From a virus: a stretch of 64,000 nt of DNA. The notes beneath the pieces are model-generated. The model saw only the letters and a program-made list of their open reading frames with translations, did not search any database and was not told the DNA's origin. A program made the translations under genes and the position numbers. Shown here in pieces: positions 57,382-64,000 of the stretch. The stretch lies in IMG/VR virus record IMGVR_UViG_3300046535_001151, positions 12,272-76,271 of that record, one strand, 5' to 3'. Every line of letters starts with the position of its first letter. Position 1 is the first letter of the stretch.

Positions 57382-57941
57382 CAGGCCAGCACTCCCGTCA
57401 GTTGGGCACAGCGATCTTCGACAATCTTGATGTAGTCGTAGTGGCCCGGTTGCATCGACAGCCGGTCAGGCGCCCACGCCGAGGGGAGATCCTCAATCGG
57501 CAGATCCAGCCGGGTCTGCGGGTAGGCCAGCCACGTCATGATCCGCTCGGTCTCACGCCGGTAGACCTGATCCTCCCCGTAGACCGCTCGGTACTGATTC
57601 AGTACCTGAATAGTCCGCTTCGGGAAGATCGACCCCCACCCGAGAAGGGCGATCCGACTCTGGGCATACGACTTCAGGTGGGCTGGCTTCATCGCACAGG
57701 TGATCTGGTTCGGCACAGCGGCAACGAGGAGCTGTGGAATCGGGGCGAGGCAGTCGTCATCCTGATAGTAGAGATACTCGTACTTGGCCTTGGCGAACAG
57801 TTCCTGCTTCCGGTGGGGGCTGTCACAGTTGGTCAGGAACAGGTACTCACCGAATCCCACCGCCATAACCCGGTCTACGATCACCTGTGGATAGACGGGA
57901 TCCTTCGTGATGAAGCAGGCGGAGATGTAGTGGGGATTCAC
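57381..57941 (-). CDS. Small GT-A fold glycosyltransferase
   Basis: AKYEYLYYQDDD DxD motif; GTGA-coupled. Confidence 0.65.
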   Translation of the reverse strand: MNPHYISACFITKDPVYPQVIVDRVMAVGFGEYLFLTNCDSPHRKQELFAKAKYEYLYYQDDDCLAPIPQLLVAAVPNQITCAMKPAHLKSYAQSRIALLGWGSIFPKRTIQVLNQYRAVYGEDQVYRRETERIMTWLAYPQTRLDLPIEDLPSAWAPDRLSMQPGHYDYIKIVEDRCAQLTGVLA

Positions 57942-58762
57942 GGGGCCGGATAGGGTCTGAGCGTTGGCCATGTTTTGCTGGATAGGAAGTGAAAATACGC
58001 GATCTCCCGCCCGAAGCATCCCCGCCACGGAGCATAGTTCGTCAACGCCGGATGTGGATCCTCGAAGCACTCGATCAACGCCCCGTCCGGTGCCAGCGTG
58101 AGGTTGGGGGTCGGTTGGTGCTGCACGAGCCTATCATAGCTGTGGACGGCGAAGTATGGCGGGTGGCCGAAGCGAATCTTCCCCACGTCGGCGAGGAGCC
58201 GGATGATCCGGTCGAAGTAGATCTCGTCGAACCCCACCATCGGGACCCCGTTCACCTGGAACATCTCCTGCCAGTGGGGGACGAACCGGTAGAGGCCGTT
58301 GATCCACGGGATGTTCTTGTACAGGCACCACAGGCTGTTCACATGGTGGTTGTCGTCGGACCAGAGGTCGTACTGGGTGAGGGTCTCGTCGGGGAGGAAG
58401 TGATCGAGGCGCCCGTAGAGCACGTCCCAGTTGGTAATGCTCCAGTAATCGCAGTCGGTCAGCAGGTCCGCGAACAGCTCCCCGAAGGCCGGGTAGTAAT
58501 CACTCAGGAGCTTCACCGGCAAGAAGTCGGCATCCAGGAAGTTGCCCGAGTCCACACCCGTGATGGCTTTGACCCGCGCATCGAACTGCGCGAACGTCAT
58601 CGGCACGATCTCGACATTCGGGCTCTTGGAGGTATAGCCGTGCGGGGTGAGGATCTTCCACGACCAGCCGTAGGGCGCGAGGCTGCCGATATGCTCGAGA
58701 TACTGCTCCGTCCACGGGAAGGGCGGGCCAAACTGGGGCAGGAGAAAGGTCTTTCTCAGCAT
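57938..58762 (-). CDS. DUF6625 family protein (GT-like)
   Basis: KLLSDYYPAFGELF, DYWSITNWDVLYG, GFDE, YFHF. Confidence 0.75.
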   Translation of the reverse strand: MLRKTFLLPQFGPPFPWTEQYLEHIGSLAPYGWSWKILTPHGYTSKSPNVEIVPMTFAQFDARVKAITGVDSGNFLDADFLPVKLLSDYYPAFGELFADLLTDCDYWSITNWDVLYGRLDHFLPDETLTQYDLWSDDNHHVNSLWCLYKNIPWINGLYRFVPHWQEMFQVNGVPMVGFDEIYFDRIIRLLADVGKIRFGHPPYFAVHSYDRLVQHQPTPNLTLAPDGALIECFEDPHPALTNYAPWRGCFGREIAYFHFLSSKTWPTLRPYPAP

Positions 58763-59802
58763 GCGACCTTCCGGTAGCGCACCCGCAGGCTCTGCGCCCG
58801 CTTCACGCCGTCCTCCTCGACCTGCCAGTTCAGCAGATCCGCACTGACCTTCCGGAAGCCACCGACGATCCCTTCGAAGCCACGGTCCTTCGCCCAGCGG
58901 TGGGAGTCCACGTCGAAATGTTCGAAGGTCTGGAGGTTCCAGTGGGAGAGGTGGCTGGGGGATCCATAGGCATTCCGGCTACCCGCGTTGGGGACGTAGT
59001 GCTCCATGACCCCGTTCGGTACGAGGACTCGGTAGATCTCGTTGATCACGGCGACTCGACGATCCGCTGGGAGGTGTTCAAGGAAGTCTTCGGAGAAGAC
59101 GTAGTCCACGGTGGCGTCATACAGCGGAAGGGGTTCTGCCACAAGGTCACATCGGCGGAAGTCAGAGCCCGCCAGTGCCTGCCGATCCACGTTGATCCAT
59201 CCCGGCCAGATGCGATCCCCACAGCCCAGATGTAGCCGACCAAAGCCGGACAACCACTCACTCCGTCCCTCCACGGCTTGGAAGTGCATCGGGTTGACCC
59301 GCATCTGACTCTCGTAGCACATGAGGGCGCGGAGCTTCTGCTGATACTCGTCCCGGTTCCATTCGATCTCGGTGGTACCGACGGGGTGGAGATCCACGTC
59401 GCGATACTGACTGAGCTTCTCGTAGGTGGCGTAGCAGCGGAGCTTGTCCACCCCGAAGACGGACGCCGCTATGCGTGTGACGAGATCGTGCTGGGGATGA
59501 CCACCCTCCAAGGCTGGAACGTACACGGCCTCGACATCCCGCGACAGCGTGAGGATGGCCGACCGGAGATTGTCAGCGGTGAGGGTATCGTCCTGTAGAC
59601 CGAATCGCAGCGTCGCACAGCCGAGGATCGCATGCGCCTTCTCGGTCTCGGCTGCCCGTTCCTCTGCTGAACAGCCGGTTTCCCCACGAGCAGGCTGGAC
59701 CTGTGAATCCGTCACCACCACCACGGTCGGATGTTCACGGATACAGGTGATGGCGGCGAACAGGGCCGAGTCGTCGTCGTGTGGGCTGAGGAGGTAGTTC
59801 AT
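58756..59802 (-). CDS. PIG-L/LmbE de-N-acetylase fused to class I SAM methyltransferase
   Basis: SPHDDD, HPQH, YESQ; LHLGCG, WINVD, FLEHL, EIYRVLVPNG. Confidence 0.85.
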   Translation of the reverse strand: MNYLLSPHDDDSALFAAITCIREHPTVVVVTDSQVQPARGETGCSAEERAAETEKAHAILGCATLRFGLQDDTLTADNLRSAILTLSRDVEAVYVPALEGGHPQHDLVTRIAASVFGVDKLRCYATYEKLSQYRDVDLHPVGTTEIEWNRDEYQQKLRALMCYESQMRVNPMHFQAVEGRSEWLSGFGRLHLGCGDRIWPGWINVDRQALAGSDFRRCDLVAEPLPLYDATVDYVFSEDFLEHLPADRRVAVINEIYRVLVPNGVMEHYVPNAGSRNAYGSPSHLSHWNLQTFEHFDVDSHRWAKDRGFEGIVGGFRKVSADLLNWQVEEDGVKRAQSLRVRYRKVAC

Positions 59803-60689
59803 AGACGGAGGAAGAGGACTTCTTCGTTATCCGCGGTCTCGGCCATCTTCTTCCACTGATTCGCGTTCCGCTGCCAGCGCGGATTCCCTAATCCATCCCC
59901 CGCGAGCACCGCCATGAACAGCACGGCTTCTTTGAAGTGGGGGTTGATCGCGAGACACTGCAGCAGGGCATCGCGGGCATCGTCCGGCATCCGCAGCTCC
60001 CAGTAGGCCCGGGACATGGTCAGGAACGCTTCAGCCTTCTCCGCCAAGAATCGTGACTGCTGGACGTAGCGGCCGAGCATGACGAGGGCTTTGTCGTACT
60101 GACCCCGGTAGAAGTACTCCCGCCCGAGGTAGAACCGCTCACGAATGCAGTCCGGCCGAGTGGCCACTTCGTGTTCAAGGATCCGGAGGGTGCGGAGGGG
60201 ATCCTGCTGGTGAGCCGGTGAGTAGCCGAAGGTGATCGTGACGTTCCCGACATCCTCGCCCATGACCGAGAGGTGGTTGTGAATCGCGCCTTCCCACCAG
60301 ACATTCGGCGAGCGGAGGAACAGGCGAGGGAACCAGAAGGAGGAGGTCGGTCCGTACTCGGCGGTCATCTTCACGTTCACGGCCATGAACGCTCGAGCGC
60401 AGGCGTCACGGACGGTACTGAAGGGGCAGGTCAGGTATTCGTCGGCATCGATCGAGAGGATCCAGTCACCGGTCGCCTTGCTCAGCGCGTGGTTCCTCGC
60501 GTTGGCGAAGTGATCCTCCCAGACGTAGTCGGTGAAGATGTTGTCGGTGTACTGCTTGGCGACCTCGATGGTGCGATCGGTGGATCCGGTATCGCAGATG
60601 ATGATCTCGTCGGCCTCTTTGACGGATTCCAAGCAGCGAGCGAGGACGGCTTCTTCGTTCTTGCAAATCAACACAACCGAAACGCGCAT
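59799..60689 (-). CDS. GT2 glycosyltransferase with C-terminal TPR
   Basis: CKNEE, DTGSTDRT, FANARN, SIDADE; FYLGREYF TPR helices. Confidence 0.9.
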   Translation of the reverse strand: MRVSVVLICKNEEAVLARCLESVKEADEIIICDTGSTDRTIEVAKQYTDNIFTDYVWEDHFANARNHALSKATGDWILSIDADEYLTCPFSTVRDACARAFMAVNVKMTAEYGPTSSFWFPRLFLRSPNVWWEGAIHNHLSVMGEDVGNVTITFGYSPAHQQDPLRTLRILEHEVATRPDCIRERFYLGREYFYRGQYDKALVMLGRYVQQSRFLAEKAEAFLTMSRAYWELRMPDDARDALLQCLAINPHFKEAVLFMAVLAGDGLGNPRWQRNANQWKKMAETADNEEVLFLRL

Positions 60690-60693
60690 GCGC

Positions 60694-62829
<2,136 letters not shown>

Positions 62830-62830
62830 G

Positions 62831-63646
62831 TTAGTTGGGGATCAGAAAGAACGTTTTGCCCGTGGTGACGGTGGGCACATGGAAGAACGTCCGATTGCTG
62901 GGCGTCCAATACAGATCCCAGCGCGTCGGCGGATCATAGAGCCGCCAGATTTCCTCGTCCGTGAGGAGGCGATTCCACTGCTGGACACTTTCCCATTGAC
63001 AATCGGCGTTCGACCCACTACCAGAGGGATTGTTGCCGAAGGATTCCGTGACCGAGCTGAAATCTGGGGCCGCATTTCCACCCGCTCCACCAGTCCCAGT
63101 CAGCACTCCGTTCAGCCAGCCGTCTTCATAGGCAGACGTGGCACCACCCAATGGGTTATACCCGCGCACGACAATATCCCAGCGCAGGCCCGCTGTGAGC
63201 GGATTGGTGCCCGCATTCGCAATATTGACGGACTTCAGCCAATTCCCATCGAAGGACACGTTTCCGCTGGTGTCAATAAACACGGAATTGAGGCGCCCCG
63301 GATCGTCCATCCACGCCGTAAACCCTCCAGGCCACGTCACCGGGGTCATCACAAACCGCATCGTGCAGAAGCCTACGGCATTGATGTTCCCCAGGCCACT
63401 CGGTGGGAGGCTGAATCCTGATCCGCCCGTCACGCGGAGCGTCGAGCCCCCCACTGGATGCGGCTGGAGCGTTGGGCTGGAGGTCGTGGTGGCCACAAGA
63501 CCAAGCGGGGCCGCGTCCTGCAGGAAGCTGTTGGCGTTCGGCTCAATCCACGATTGCAGCCCCACCGACAGCGAGGAACTGTAATTGATACGAATCGGGC
63601 CAACGGGGCGCGATCCGCCTGATCGGCTGGGGAGTCTCAAGAACAC
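62831..63646 (-). CDS. LamG/concanavalin-like virion protein
   Basis: [19 protein letters not shown]. Confidence 0.7.
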   Translation of the reverse strand: MFLRLPSRSGGSRPVGPIRINYSSSLSVGLQSWIEPNANSFLQDAAPLGLVATTTSSPTLQPHPVGGSTLRVTGGSGFSLPPSGLGNINAVGFCTMRFVMTPVTWPGGFTAWMDDPGRLNSVFIDTSGNVSFDGNWLKSVNIANAGTNPLTAGLRWDIVVRGYNPLGGATSAYEDGWLNGVLTGTGGAGGNAAPDFSSVTESFGNNPSGSGSNADCQWESVQQWNRLLTDEEIWRLYDPPTRWDLYWTPSNRTFFHVPTVTTGKTFFLIPN

Positions 63647-63647
63647 G

Positions 63648-64000
63648 TTAGACGCCCTGCCACTGCACGCCCTGAATGTCGATGGCGTGGTTCCCGCCCG
63701 TCGCGTTCAGGTTCGCATCCGTGTTGTGGGCGACGAAGAACACCACTTTCTGCGGCAGGATGCCCCCAAAGAGCGCGGCCACGGATTCGTTGCTGAAGTA
63801 GTAGGTGCGGTTGCTCGTCGAATCAATCAGCATCGCCTTGAGAATCTTCACCGCGCCGGTCTGCACGTTCACGGAGGTGAAGGTTTTCGCCGCATCCCCC
63901 GCGCCGGTAATCACGTCGGGATAGGCATTCGCTTGCGCGTCCCACGCGGCCACATAGATATTGATCTGCGTGCTGACCGTCGGCGTGGTGCCCGTCGTAA
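63648..64000 (-). CDS. Virion protein (partial, starts beyond window)
   Basis: Open frame to the window edge; SVAALFGGILP. Confidence 0.65.
   Translation of the reverse strand, partial: TTGTTPTVSTQINIYVAAWDAQANAYPDVITGAGDAAKTFTSVNVQTGAVKILKAMLIDSTSNRTYYFSNESVAALFGGILPQKVVFFVAHNTDANLNATGGNHAIDIQGVQWQGV

Overview
The window is a nearly complete, circularly permuted genome of a GC-rich tailed dsDNA phage with a podovirus-like gene set. The virion module lies on the minus strand and is split across the window ends. 1-17 kb holds the putative TerS, a lysis cassette, TerL, portal, scaffold, major capsid and decoration/adaptor genes. 41.7-64 kb holds LamG and collagen-like fibre proteins, adaptors, a nozzle, a GNAT-like protein and three ejection proteins, one with an SLT domain. 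The plus-strand early/replication arm (17.3-41.7 kb) has near-consensus sigma70 promoters, DUF932, an iteron/AT-rich origin beside an AAA_25 helicase, a Cas4-like nuclease, ERF, an SSB-like protein and a UDG-family-4::PolA fusion with an atypical active site. The most striking content is two separate glycan-tailoring clusters. (i) A late cassette (GT2-TPR, PIG-L deacetylase::methyltransferase fusion, DUF6625, small GT-A) is coupled directly behind a Thr-rich (Gly-Pro-Thr)n collagen fibre, suggesting a phage-encoded virion-fibre glycosylation system. (ii) A replication-linked cluster of about six GTs, an FkbM methyltransferase, an NDP-sugar C-methyltransferase and a 2OG-Fe(II) hydroxylase runs into the polymerase, suggesting DNA hypermodification or host-surface remodelling. 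Non-coding signals include self-complementary GATCAGTACT tandems, TGACA-N5-TGTCA operators, a CGCTGATG-coupled chain of tiny basic genes, a probable CTG start for TerL and a repeat-bounded shuffling region. No integrase, tRNA, CRISPR array or primase was recognised. All family calls are by-eye motif recognition; no database searches were run.
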